DNA of 61,449 bases, filler included, from 6 parts of 6 records of this genome joined end to end with filler, not necessarily neighbours in it; one strand, 5' to 3'; numbered from the whole stretch's first letter, positions 19,844 through 29,412 are shown. Notes: a model not told the origin generated them from the sequence alone. A program made the numbers and translations.

Positions 19844-22354
19844 ATGAGCGACCATAGCACTCCCTTCATGGTGGGAATCGCGGCGTCTGCCGGCGGTCTG
19901 GAGGCCGTGTCTGAGCTTGTTCAGAACCTCGATGACAAAAGCGAGAGCAGCTATGTGATCGCACTGCATATGTCGCCGCAACACATGAGCATGCTGAGTG
20001 CTCTGATCTCGCGGGACACTCATATGCCGGTGAAGGAGCTCTCCGACAGAGAGGAACGCTGTCCGGCGACAAATACGATCTATGTTGTGCCGCCGGGATA
20101 TGATGTCGTGATGATCGCTGGGGGGAAGCTTGCGCTGTGCGCACCGGAGGGATGCCGCGGGCAGCCTCGGCCTCTGGTGGATCGCCTGTTCACATCGATG
20201 GCTGAGGTCTGTGGTGAACAATGCGCTGCTATTGTCCTTTCTGGAACTGGCAGCGATGGCAGCTATGGTGTTCGTGCCGTGCGCGAGGCCGGTGGCCTGA
20301 CGATTGCGCAGGATCCCGAAAGTTCGAAATATACCGGAATGCCAATTTCTGCACTGCAAACCGGATGCGTGGATTTGACTTTGTCACCCAGCGAGATCGG
20401 CGCATATTTGGGCAAGATCGTCGCGCAGTCGCGTGACACCAAGCCCATGCCGAAGTTGCAACGGAAACCGCATGCGCTCCTTGATCTGTTCGAGGTGCTA
20501 ACGGCGCGCACTGGCGTTGCTTTTCGTGACTACAAGACGTCTAACATCAATCGGCGTATTTCCAGGCGGATGCTGGCGCTCGGGATCGCCGATTATGATA
20601 CCTATGTGGAGATTTGCCGTCGCGACCTTGCGGAAGTGGACGCGCTCTACAAGGATCTAATGATATCGGTCACCCGGTTCTTTCGCGATCCACAGTCATT
20701 TGAGGCCCTGAAACAACACGTTATAGATCTGCTGCAGACCTACGATGCAGCAGATCCGCGCGTGATCCGTGTCTGGGTCTCAGGCTGCGCGACGGGTGAA
20801 GAGGCCTACTCGATTGCGATCCTGTTGCTGGAAGCGATGGGTGGGATCGAAACCGTTGCGCCGCGACGGTTGCAGGTGTTTGCCACCGATATCGATCAAC
20901 AGGCGCTGGATGTCGCGCGCCGGGGCGAATATCCAATCTCTGCCACCAGTGACATCCCTGAAGACATACTGGAGCGTTATTTCCAGGTGCGATCCGAATC
21001 CATCGAGGTGAAGAAGTCGTTGCGCGCCTTCGTTCTGTTTTCGCGCCATAATGTCAGCCAGGACCCGCCGTTCACCAATCTCGATTGTATCAGCATACGC
21101 AACTTGCTGATCTACTTCAGTGGTGCGCTGCAGGACAAGGTTCTGGCACGGGTCGGGTATGGGCTGATACCGGGAGGGCTGTTGTTTCTGGGAGCGTCGG
21201 AAACCATCGGTTCGATGAAGGATGTCTTTGCAGCGACACAGAATTCGGGCTGCATTTTTCGCAAGCGGGCAATGACGCGAAAACCGGCGCTGCAGGCTTT
21301 CATCGATGAAACGACAAACGCGGTGTCGCGCAGTCAGGTGCCAACCCGTCCTGTCGTGGAAACTCTGCAAGGGAAGGCGTCCACCCGCCAGTTTGATAGT
21401 CTGATCCGAATTCTCGCACCAAACGGGTTTCTGGCCAGTAGCAGTGGCGCGATTCTGCGGATTATCGGGGATATATCCGTTGCCACGGCGCTAACAGAGA
21501 GATCTGGCTTGCAGGTTGATCTGAAGATCCTGTTGCCGGGGCTGCGTAGTGAAGCCGTCAGCCTGATCAATGTCGCGCTGAGATCGCGGGAAATTCGCCA
21601 TGGTCAATGGCACCCGCTGCCCCATGCGACCGATCAGCAGGTGCGGCTGACCTGCTATCCAATTCCGGTGGTGGGCGAAGCCGATGTCGATGGGGGCAGC
21701 GTTGTTCTCATCGCGGTGAACACCCGAATTGAGGAGACGCCGGCGGGAGGGAGAGAGAGCCTCGATCTTGAGGACCAGGAGCATTACATCCGTCAGATCG
21801 AAGATGAAGTGATGTCCACTCGCGAGGTGTTGCAGCAGACGATCGAGGAACTGCAGACCTCGAACGAAGAACTGCAATCGGTGAACGAGGAAATGCAGGC
21901 CGCGAATGAAGAGCTGCAGTCCACCAACGAAGAGCTGGAAACCTCGAACGAGGAACTTCAGTCGACCAACGAAGAACTAATTACCGTCAATGAGGAGATC
22001 CAGGTCAACTCGAGCGAAATTCAACACGTGAGTGCGGAATTGGCGGCTGTCTTACAGGCGAACCCCTTTGTCATGATCGTGGTGGATCAGGCGCTGCAGA
22101 TCCGGCATGCGTCCCGGCAGGCAATGGCGCTGTTCAATCTGAACCATCTTCCCAAAGCCGGCGTTCACATCAGTGAATGTGGGCCGGTCGAAGGCCTGCC
22201 GGACGTCACCTCCCGCATCAGTCAGACCTTCCGCTCCCAGGTGCCGCTGATCGAGCGTGTCGAATACGGGGGCGCGATGCATGAGATGACTTTTACCCCA
22301 TTCCATCAGACTGGTGAAAGAGAGCTACTCGGGGTTGCTGTCACCATTGTGTAA
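19844..22354 (+). CDS. CheB methylesterase-CheR methyltransferase fusion with coiled coil and C-terminal PAS-like domain
   Basis: CheB: GIAASAGG, LHMSP, LSGTGSDG. CheR: VTRFFRD, WVSGCATGEEAYS, FATDID, RNLLIYF. Then NEELQS heptads and a PAS-like tail; no kinase domain. Confidence 0.9.
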   Translation: MSDHSTPFMVGIAASAGGLEAVSELVQNLDDKSESSYVIALHMSPQHMSMLSALISRDTHMPVKELSDREERCPATNTIYVVPPGYDVVMIAGGKLALCAPEGCRGQPRPLVDRLFTSMAEVCGEQCAAIVLSGTGSDGSYGVRAVREAGGLTIAQDPESSKYTGMPISALQTGCVDLTLSPSEIGAYLGKIVAQSRDTKPMPKLQRKPHALLDLFEVLTARTGVAFRDYKTSNINRRISRRMLALGIADYDTYVEICRRDLAEVDALYKDLMISVTRFFRDPQSFEALKQHVIDLLQTYDAADPRVIRVWVSGCATGEEAYSIAILLLEAMGGIETVAPRRLQVFATDIDQQALDVARRGEYPISATSDIPEDILERYFQVRSESIEVKKSLRAFVLFSRHNVSQDPPFTNLDCISIRNLLIYFSGALQDKVLARVGYGLIPGGLLFLGASETIGSMKDVFAATQNSGCIFRKRAMTRKPALQAFIDETTNAVSRSQVPTRPVVETLQGKASTRQFDSLIRILAPNGFLASSSGAILRIIGDISVATALTERSGLQVDLKILLPGLRSEAVSLINVALRSREIRHGQWHPLPHATDQQVRLTCYPIPVVGEADVDGGSVVLIAVNTRIEETPAGGRESLDLEDQEHYIRQIEDEVMSTREVLQQTIEELQTSNEELQSVNEEMQAANEELQSTNEELETSNEELQSTNEELITVNEEIQVNSSEIQHVSAELAAVLQANPFVMIVVDQALQIRHASRQAMALFNLNHLPKAGVHISECGPVEGLPDVTSRISQTFRSQVPLIERVEYGGAMHEMTFTPFHQTGERELLGVAVTIV
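21845..22008 (+). repeat. Degenerate 21-bp coding tandem repeat (about 8 heptads, EELxxxN)
   Basis: gaggaactgcagacctcgaac / gaagaactgcaatcggtgaac / gaggaaatgcaggccgcgaat / gaagagctgcagtccaccaac / gaagagctggaaacctcgaac and further units. Confidence 0.85.
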
Positions 22355-22482
22355 GGCTCCGCGTATTGCGTTGCGATGGCACCATATACCGTGTGGCCAT
22401 TCCGGCCTGTTCCGGGGCATAACCGGAGCGCCCCCTGCGTGTGGAAAGCATCGGCAGGACAGACGACAAGAAGGATGGTCTC

Positions 22483-22971
22483 ATGACGCAAGCGCCCTTT
22501 GCGGTAGAAGTGAAAATTCTCGACCCGCGCATCCGTGGCTGGGGCATGCCCAGCTACCAAACCTCTGGCTCAGCGGCGATCGACCTCTTCGCCTGCATTG
22601 ATCAGCCAACGGAGATCAAGGCACAGGACGCCGCAGTGCTGATCCCCTCAGGGCTGGCCTTCTACATGGGCGACACCTCCTGTGCGGCGCTTGTGATGCC
22701 GCGCTCTGGTCTGGGGCACAAGAAGGGGCTGGTGATGGGCAACAATATCGGTCTGATCGATGCGGATTACACCGGGCAGGTCTTCATCAGCGCCTGGAAT
22801 CGCAACCCGGTGGGGGCGGACCCGATCCGGGTCGAACCGGGAGAGCGGATTGCACAGCTGATGTTCGTTCCGGTTCTCAGGGCGGCATTGTCCGAGGTTG
22901 AGGTCTTCTCCGACGCGACAGAACGCGGCGCGGGTGGGTTTGGCTCCACCGGGAGCGGAGGCGCGGCATGA
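22483..22971 (+). CDS. dut: dUTP diphosphatase
   Basis: Trimeric dUTPase motifs AAIDL, PRSGLG, GLIDADYTG, ERIAQL, RGAGGFGSTG. Confidence 0.95.
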   Translation: MTQAPFAVEVKILDPRIRGWGMPSYQTSGSAAIDLFACIDQPTEIKAQDAAVLIPSGLAFYMGDTSCAALVMPRSGLGHKKGLVMGNNIGLIDADYTGQVFISAWNRNPVGADPIRVEPGERIAQLMFVPVLRAALSEVEVFSDATERGAGGFGSTGSGGAA

Positions 22972-24047
22972 TCCTCGTCTTCGGGCTTGCCGGGTTGATC
23001 TGGTGGGGCGGTCGCCTGATGGGCTTTGACCGTAGTCTACGTGGCATGTTGCTGGGATTTCTGTTCGTCGCTGTCGTGACTATCCAGCTCACCTTGCCAG
23101 ATGGCACGCCCTTGCGGCAGGCCACGGGTGGTTCTGCCAGCCTGTGGCTGATCCTTGCTGGCTTTGCCGCGCTGGTGGCATGCTATTCAGCGGGGCTGAA
23201 GCGGTTGCGAATGCGTGTGGACGCGGACGGTGCGGGGACTACGACTGAGGGAAAAACAGATGCGCCTTTTGGTGATGTGGAGCTTGATCGCTATGCCCGC
23301 CACATCGTTCTGCGCGAGGTGGGTGGCCTTGGCCAGAAACGTCTTAAGGCTGCCAAGGTGCTGGTGATCGGGGCGGGGGGACTTGGTGCCCCGGCGCTGC
23401 AGTATCTGGCAGCCGCAGGTGTTGGCACCATTGGCGTGATCGATGATGACACGGTCGAGAATGCGAACCTGCAACGGCAGGTGATCCACCGCGATCAGGA
23501 TATCGGTCTGCCCAAGGTGTTCTCTGCCCAAGCCGCAATGGAGGCACAGAACCCGTTCGTCACGATACGCCCCTATCATCGTCGACTGACCGAGGAACTC
23601 GCTCCTGATCTCTTTGGCGAATATGACCTGATCCTCGACGGGACCGATAACTTTGCCACCCGCTATCTGGTCAACCGCACCGCTGTGACGCAGCAAAAGC
23701 CTTTGATCTCGGGGGCCTTGACCCAGTGGGAAGGGCAAATTTCGGTCTTTGATCCGGCTCATGGCGGGCCGTGTTATCAATGCATCTTTCCCGAGGCACC
23801 TGCCGAGGGGCTCGCACCGAGTTGCGCCGAAGCAGGCGTGATCGGTCCGTTGCCCGGGGTGGTGGGGGCAATGATGGCCGTGGAGGCCGTGAAACAGATC
23901 ACCGGCGCCGGAGAGCTCTTGCGCTCACAGATGTTGATCTACGATGGTCTCTATGGTGAAACTCGCCGGATTGCGCTCAAACCGCGCGCGAACTGTCCCG
24001 TTTGCGGACAGACCGACAATAAACCGGCCCCGACAGGAGAAAACTGA
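22968..24047 (+). CDS. moeB: HesA/MoeB/ThiF family adenylyltransferase with N-terminal transmembrane extension
   Basis: [29 protein letters not shown] and CPVC Zn motifs; first ~80 aa hydrophobic. Confidence 0.85.
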   Translation: MILVFGLAGLIWWGGRLMGFDRSLRGMLLGFLFVAVVTIQLTLPDGTPLRQATGGSASLWLILAGFAALVACYSAGLKRLRMRVDADGAGTTTEGKTDAPFGDVELDRYARHIVLREVGGLGQKRLKAAKVLVIGAGGLGAPALQYLAAAGVGTIGVIDDDTVENANLQRQVIHRDQDIGLPKVFSAQAAMEAQNPFVTIRPYHRRLTEELAPDLFGEYDLILDGTDNFATRYLVNRTAVTQQKPLISGALTQWEGQISVFDPAHGGPCYQCIFPEAPAEGLAPSCAEAGVIGPLPGVVGAMMAVEAVKQITGAGELLRSQMLIYDGLYGETRRIALKPRANCPVCGQTDNKPAPTGEN

Positions 24048-24049
24048 TC

Positions 24050-24841
24050 ATGACACGCACCTTTGCCCTGGCCGCAGCGCTGACCGCTGGCTTCGCCGCC
24101 GGTGCCCTTGCCGCCGATCTGCCGGATCTTGAGGGGCGCGAGATCTTTGTCGCCTCCGAGAACACCTACCCGCCGCTGCAATTTATCGAGCCCGGGACGG
24201 GTCAGGCTGTGGGCTGGGAATACGATGCGATCACCGAGATCGCGGAACGGCTCAACCTGGTTGTGGAGTTTGAGAACACCAGTTGGGATGCGATGATCCC
24301 GGCGATCACCGCAGGTCAGTACGATATAGCCATGAATGGCATCACCATTCGGGACGACCGTAAGGGGAAGGTGGATTTCTCCGAAAGCTACCTGACCTCG
24401 CAGATGCGCATGATCGTGGCAAGCGATGAGGATCGGTTCACGGATGCCGCCAGCTTTGCCGCCGATGACGACCTGCTTGCGGCGGCGCAGCCGGGCACCA
24501 CGCCCTTCTACGTGACTGTCTACGATGTGCTTGACGGGGATGAAGCCAACCCGCGCATCAAGCTGTTCGAGACCTTTGGTGCGTCACTGCAGGCGTTGCG
24601 GGCAGGCGACGTGGATCTGGCGCTTTCCGACAGCACCGCGGCCAATGGGGTGGTTGCTGCATCTGACGGCGCGCTGAAGATCGTCGGAGATCCCTTGGGG
24701 ACCGAGGATTTCGGCTTCATCTTCCCAAAGGGCAGCGATCTGGTGGAGCCGGTGAACGCCGCCCTGGCCGAGATGAAGGCCGATGGCACGCTGGATGCGC
24801 TCAACAAGAAGTGGTTCCTCGACTACAAGATGGGCCAATAG
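24050..24841 (+). CDS. Polar amino-acid ABC transporter substrate-binding protein
   Basis: Signal peptide, [31 protein letters not shown] (SBP family 3). Confidence 0.9.
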   Translation: MTRTFALAAALTAGFAAGALAADLPDLEGREIFVASENTYPPLQFIEPGTGQAVGWEYDAITEIAERLNLVVEFENTSWDAMIPAITAGQYDIAMNGITIRDDRKGKVDFSESYLTSQMRMIVASDEDRFTDAASFAADDDLLAAAQPGTTPFYVTVYDVLDGDEANPRIKLFETFGASLQALRAGDVDLALSDSTAANGVVAASDGALKIVGDPLGTEDFGFIFPKGSDLVEPVNAALAEMKADGTLDALNKKWFLDYKMGQ

Positions 24842-24868
24842 GCCAAGACATCTCCTATTTCCAATGCC

Positions 24869-24896
24869 ACCCCGGCCGCGCCTTCGGCTGGGGTTT
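24869..24896 (+). terminator. Intra-operon stem-loop after the SBP gene
   Basis: ACCCCGGCCG-CGCCTT-CGGCTGGGGT followed by a short T tract. Confidence 0.5.
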
Positions 24897-24915
24897 GTCG
24901 TGACAGGACAAGATA

Positions 24916-25722
24916 ATGAGCGAACGCCGCACGCGTGAAGACAAGGAAGATTTCCCCTGGTGGCTGGTGACCGTGGGGCTGACGGCACTCTACCTCGGCG
25001 TTGAAGTTGCGCGCAGCGAGGTCTATGCGCAGATCCTCAACACGCTCTGGCGCGGGGTTGGTGTGACGGTCTTTGTCACCCTTGTCAGCTTTTTCTCCGC
25101 TTCCGCGCTGGGGATGGCGCTTGCACTGGGGGCTGATTCCAGGTGCCTGCTGATGCGTCAGATCTGCCGGTTCTATGTCGAGGTGGTACGCGGTATTCCG
25201 ATCATCGTGCTGCTGCTCTACGTGGCCTTTGTGTTGGCGCCTGCCTTGGTGGATCTGCGGAACTGGCTGGGTGGCTTCATCGGGCTGGAGGAGATCCGCA
25301 CCCGGAGCTTTCCTCTGCTATGGCGCGCCATTCTGGCACTGATGATCGCCTATTCCGCTTTCATCGCGGAAGTTTTTCGCGCTGGCCTGCTGTCTGTTCC
25401 AGAGGGGCAAAAGGAGGCGGCCCAAGCGCTTGGGCTCTCCGGCTGGCAGCGGTTTCGCTTCATCGTGTTTCCGCAGGCGATACGCACCATCCTGCCGCCG
25501 CTGGGCAATGACTTCGTGGCGCTGGTCAAGGATTCCTCGCTGGTCTCGGTGCTGGGCGTGCTGGATATCACCCAGCTGGGCAAGGTGACGGCCGCCAGCA
25601 ATTTCCGCTATTTCGAGACCTACAACATGGTGGCGCTGGTTTATCTGGCGATGACGATATCGCTGTCGCTTGGGCTGCGAGCGCTGGAACGGCATCTGCG
25701 TAACAAGCAGGACAAAAGCTGA
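24916..25722 (+). CDS. Amino-acid ABC transporter permease
   Basis: YVEVVRGIP, EAA loop (GQKEAAQALG), LVKDSSL. Confidence 0.9.
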   Translation: MSERRTREDKEDFPWWLVTVGLTALYLGVEVARSEVYAQILNTLWRGVGVTVFVTLVSFFSASALGMALALGADSRCLLMRQICRFYVEVVRGIPIIVLLLYVAFVLAPALVDLRNWLGGFIGLEEIRTRSFPLLWRAILALMIAYSAFIAEVFRAGLLSVPEGQKEAAQALGLSGWQRFRFIVFPQAIRTILPPLGNDFVALVKDSSLVSVLGVLDITQLGKVTAASNFRYFETYNMVALVYLAMTISLSLGLRALERHLRNKQDKS

Positions 25723-25751
25723 TCTTGCGCCAACAGTGCGATCTGGCGCCC

Positions 25752-25916
25752 GCCGCGCGCCCGTCAGGGCGCGCGGCCCGGCCCAACGCCGGTCCTTGCA
25801 TCTCCTGATGCTGGGCGCCGGTGGCGGGAGCGCTCCCGCCCCCGCAGGTGCTCTTGCCCATGGGCAAGAGCACCTTGGCAGGGTTGGGCCGGGCGCCGGG
25901 CCTGACGGCCCGGCGC
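25752..25916. repeat. Multi-palindromic REP/MITE-like intergenic element
   Basis: Terminal hairpins with complementary loops (GTCA/TGAC), inverted 10-mers CCGGCCCAAC/GTTGGGCCGG, and internal perfect palindromes of 18 bp (25823-25840) and 30 bp (25846-25875). Confidence 0.7.
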
Positions 25917-25974
25917 GGGGACAGATTGCAGCTCCTGAGCGAAGCCGTTAGCGTCAGCGCAAAGGAGATCTCAC

Positions 25975-27990
25975 ATGACAAATCCGCTGCTCGCAGACTG
26001 GCAGACCCCCTTCGGCATCGCGCCGTTCGACCAGATATCCGATGATGATTTCGCCCCGGCGCTGGAGCAGGCGCTTGCCGCCCATGGAGCGCAGATCGAC
26101 GCCATCGCACAGAACCCGGACACCCCGACATTTGCCAATGTGGTTGAGGCCCTGGAGACACCTTGCCAGCCGCTGGAACAGGTCCTGTCGGTGTTCTTCT
26201 CCGTGGCCGGCGCCGACAGCAACCCGAAACGCGAGGCGTTGCAGCGAGAGTTTTCGCCGAAACTGGCGGCGCATTTCTCCGCAATCACCGCCAACAAGGC
26301 GCTTTATACGCGGGTGAAGGCGGTCTGGGATCAGCGCGAAGACCTAGATTTGACGCAGGAGCAGGCCCGAGTCCTGATGCTGACCCATCGTGGCTTCTTG
26401 CGCGGCGGCGCGGCGCTGGAGGGCGCAGAAGACGCCCGCATGCAGGAGATCAAATCCCGACTGGCGACCCTCGGCACCAATTTCACCCAGAACCTGCTGG
26501 CGGATGAGCGCGACTGGCACATGGAACTCTCGGACGCGGATCTGCAGGGACTGCCGGACTTCGTCGTCAGGAATGCGCGCGCCGCAGGAAAGGAGAAGGG
26601 CGCGGATGGCCCGGTGGTGACACTGGCGCGCTCCATCGTCACACCCTTCCTGCAGTTCTCACCCCGTCGCGACCTGCGCGAAAAAGCGTTCCGCGCCTGG
26701 GCCGCACGCGGTGCCAATGGTGGTGAGCATGACAACCGCGCCATTGCCGCCGAGATCCTGTCGCTGCGCGAGGATCGCGCCAAGCTTCTGGGCTATAAAA
26801 ACTTCGCGGCCTACAAGCTGGAAACCGAGATGGCCAAGACGCCGGAGGCGGTGCGGGGCCTGTTGATGGACGTCTGGGGCCCTGCCAAGGCGCAGGCCGA
26901 CAAGGACGCCGAGGTGCTGACGGGCATGATGCACGAGGATGGCATCAATGGTGATCTGGCGCCCTGGGACTGGCACTACTACGCCGAAAAACGCCGCAAG
27001 ATCGAACATGACCTCGATGAGGCGGAGCTGAAACCGTATCTGCAGCTCGACCGGATGATCGAGGCGGCCTTTGCCTGCGCCAACCGCCTGTTCGGGCTGG
27101 ACTTCGCGCCGCTCGATGTGCCGCTCTACCATGAGGATTGCCGCGCCTGGGAGGTGACCCGGGACGGCAAGCATCTGGCGGTTTTCATCGGGGATTACTT
27201 TGCGCGTGGCTCCAAACGCTCCGGTGCTTGGTGTTCGGCGATGCGGGCGCAGGCGAAGTTCCCGGAAGCGCAGACGCCGATCGTGGTCAATGTCTGCAAC
27301 TTCGCCAAGGGCGATCCGGCGTTGTTGTCCTACGATGATGCGCGCACGCTGTTTCACGAGTTTGGCCACGCGCTGCACCAGATCCTGTCTGATGTGACCT
27401 ACGAAAGCGTGTCGGGCACCTCGGTGGCGCGGGACTTTGTGGAACTGCCGAGCCAGCTTTATGAGCATTGGCTGGAGGTGCCGGAGGTGCTGCAGGAATT
27501 TGCCACCCATGCCGAAACCGGTGCCGCGATGCCCAAGGCGATGCTGGACAAGGTGCTGGGCGCGGCGACCTTCAATATGGGGTTCCAGACTGTGGAATAT
27601 GTCGCCTCGGCGCTGGTAGATCTGGAGTTTCACGACGGAGCAGCCCCGGCGGATCCGATGGCCAAACAGGCGGAGGTTCTGGAGCGGATCGGCATGCCCG
27701 GTGCTATCGTCATGCGCCATGCCACGCCGCAGTTTGCACATGTGTTCTCTGGTGACGGCTATTCCTCGGGCTATTACAGCTACATGTGGTCGGAGGTGAT
27801 GGACGCCGATGCCTTTGCCGCCTTTGAGGAGGCAGGCGGGGCGTTTGATCCCGAGCGCGCCGAGGCGCTCGAGACGCATATCCTGTCCAAGGGTGGCTCA
27901 CAGGATGCGGCCGCGCTTTATACCGCCTTCCGGGGCCGGTTGCCGGGCGTTGAGGCGCTGCTGAAGGGCCGCGGGCTGGCGGCAGAATAG
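25975..27990 (+). CDS. dcp: M3 family metallopeptidase (peptidyl-dipeptidase Dcp)
   Basis: MTNPLL start with AAGGAG RBS, KRSGAW, HEFGH zinc motif, RDFVELPSQ, GYSSGYYSY. Confidence 0.9.
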   Translation: MTNPLLADWQTPFGIAPFDQISDDDFAPALEQALAAHGAQIDAIAQNPDTPTFANVVEALETPCQPLEQVLSVFFSVAGADSNPKREALQREFSPKLAAHFSAITANKALYTRVKAVWDQREDLDLTQEQARVLMLTHRGFLRGGAALEGAEDARMQEIKSRLATLGTNFTQNLLADERDWHMELSDADLQGLPDFVVRNARAAGKEKGADGPVVTLARSIVTPFLQFSPRRDLREKAFRAWAARGANGGEHDNRAIAAEILSLREDRAKLLGYKNFAAYKLETEMAKTPEAVRGLLMDVWGPAKAQADKDAEVLTGMMHEDGINGDLAPWDWHYYAEKRRKIEHDLDEAELKPYLQLDRMIEAAFACANRLFGLDFAPLDVPLYHEDCRAWEVTRDGKHLAVFIGDYFARGSKRSGAWCSAMRAQAKFPEAQTPIVVNVCNFAKGDPALLSYDDARTLFHEFGHALHQILSDVTYESVSGTSVARDFVELPSQLYEHWLEVPEVLQEFATHAETGAAMPKAMLDKVLGAATFNMGFQTVEYVASALVDLEFHDGAAPADPMAKQAEVLERIGMPGAIVMRHATPQFAHVFSGDGYSSGYYSYMWSEVMDADAFAAFEEAGGAFDPERAEALETHILSKGGSQDAAALYTAFRGRLPGVEALLKGRGLAAE

Positions 27991-28074
27991 GCGCCCCTGT
28001 CGGGGCGCGGCCTCCGGCGGGAGGTATTTATAAAAAGATGAAGAGAAGGGGCGCCGTCGTGCGCCCCATTTTTT
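27991..28074 (+). terminator. Hairpin cluster and intrinsic terminator between convergent dcp and ghrA
   Basis: GCGCCCC-TGTC-GGGGCGC, CCTCC-GGCG-GGAGG, then GGGGCGC-CGTCGT-GCGCCCC-ATTTTTT. Confidence 0.65.
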
Positions 28075-28078
28075 ATGT

Positions 28079-29005
28079 TTAATAACCGCGGTCGCGATCA
28101 ACCACGTAGAGAAAGGCCTCGCCTGCTTCGCCCCGGCGCATGTTCTCGGCAATCACGCGGGAGGCGGTGAGGGGGCGGGTTTCCGCCGCGATATGCGGCG
28201 TCACGGTGACCCGGGGATGGGCCCAGTAGGGATGATCCTCGGGCAGCGGCTCCACCCGGAACACATCCAGCGTGGCATGGTCCACCGGGCCATTGTCCAG
28301 TGCGGCCAGCAGGGCGGCATCGTCGATCAACGGGCCACGTCCCGGGTTGATGATCCGCGCGCCTTGCGGCAGCCAGCCGAGGCTGTTGCTGTCGAGGATA
28401 TTCGCGGTCTGCGGTGTGTCCGGCAACAGCAAGACCACGATCTGCGCCGAAGCCAGCGCGTCCCGAAGCCCGTCGGTGCCGTGATGGCAGCTGATGCCGG
28501 GCAGATCCTTGGCCGTGCGCGACCAGCCGGACACCGGGAAGCCCAGCCGGGTCAGGGCGGTGGCGCAGGCCTGACCCAATTCACCCAGACCGAGGATGGT
28601 GACCGGCCGTTCTTCTGCCAGCGGCGGCACATAGGGCAGCCAGCGATCCTGCAGCGCCACGGAACGGTCGATCTCCAGGTGATAGCGCAACACATGGCCG
28701 GTGACCCATTCGACCATGGATTGGGTCAGGCCTGGGTCCACCATGCGACACAGCAGCTGGGTCAGGGTCGCGTTGCCGGTGATCTTTTCCACCCCGGCCC
28801 AGAGGTTTAGCACCGCCTTGCAGCGCGTGTAGGGGCGGAAATCCTGCAGGTCGGAATGGGGCGCATAGATGATGTAGTCGACCTCCTCCGGCGCGAAATC
28901 CTGCCGCAGGTCGACCTCCAGCCCGGCGCCTTCGAAAGCTGCCTTGAGCGGGGAGACATAGGTGTCCCAGCGGTCCGGTCCGGCGGCGAACAGGGCGTTG
29001 ATCAT
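28079..29005 (-). CDS. ghrA: Glyoxylate/hydroxypyruvate reductase A (D-2-hydroxyacid dehydrogenase)
   Basis: WAGVE, GLGELG, NPGRG, LDVF, TPHIAA. Confidence 0.85.
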   Translation of the reverse strand: MINALFAAGPDRWDTYVSPLKAAFEGAGLEVDLRQDFAPEEVDYIIYAPHSDLQDFRPYTRCKAVLNLWAGVEKITGNATLTQLLCRMVDPGLTQSMVEWVTGHVLRYHLEIDRSVALQDRWLPYVPPLAEERPVTILGLGELGQACATALTRLGFPVSGWSRTAKDLPGISCHHGTDGLRDALASAQIVVLLLPDTPQTANILDSNSLGWLPQGARIINPGRGPLIDDAALLAALDNGPVDHATLDVFRVEPLPEDHPYWAHPRVTVTPHIAAETRPLTASRVIAENMRRGEAGEAFLYVVDRDRGY

Positions 29006-29412
29006 GTGGCAAAGACCCCGTCCATATCGGCAAAGCCCTTGACCTCGATCGGGTTGCCGGCCGGGTCGTAGAAGAACATTGTGCTCTGTTCGCCGGGCTC
29101 TCCCTTGAACCGCGTGGTGGGCGGGATCTCGAATTCGACACCTGCCTCATGCAGGCGTTCGGCCAGACGTTCCCACTGGTCCTGCGGCAGGATCACGCCA
29201 AGGTGCGGCATCGGCACAAGATGCTCTCCCACCCGGCCTGTCTTGGCGGTGGCGAAGGGCGTGCCCTTATGCAGCGAGATCTGGTGCCCGAAGAAATTGA
29301 AGTCTGCCCAGCTGTCGGTGCTGCGCCCGGCCCGGCATCCCAGCGTTTCGGAGTAGAAGGTGCTGGCGGCGTCCAGGTCGTCGACGTGATAGGCGAGGTG
29401 AAAGATGCTCAT
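29002..29412 (-). CDS. VOC/glyoxalase-superfamily protein
   Basis: FHLAYHV, FNFFGHQ, PHLG, DPAGNPIEVK. Confidence 0.88.
   Translation of the reverse strand: MSIFHLAYHVDDLDAASTFYSETLGCRAGRSTDSWADFNFFGHQISLHKGTPFATAKTGRVGEHLVPMPHLGVILPQDQWERLAERLHEAGVEFEIPPTTRFKGEPGEQSTMFFYDPAGNPIEVKGFADMDGVFAT

Noticed and set aside
21845..22008. CRISPR-like array
   Set aside because: Degenerate 21-bp in-frame coding repeat without spacers; no cas genes in the window.
25723..25974. Riboswitch upstream of dcp
   Set aside because: No recognisable cobalamin, glycine, TPP or SAM core; zero-loop palindromes fit a DNA repeat element better.
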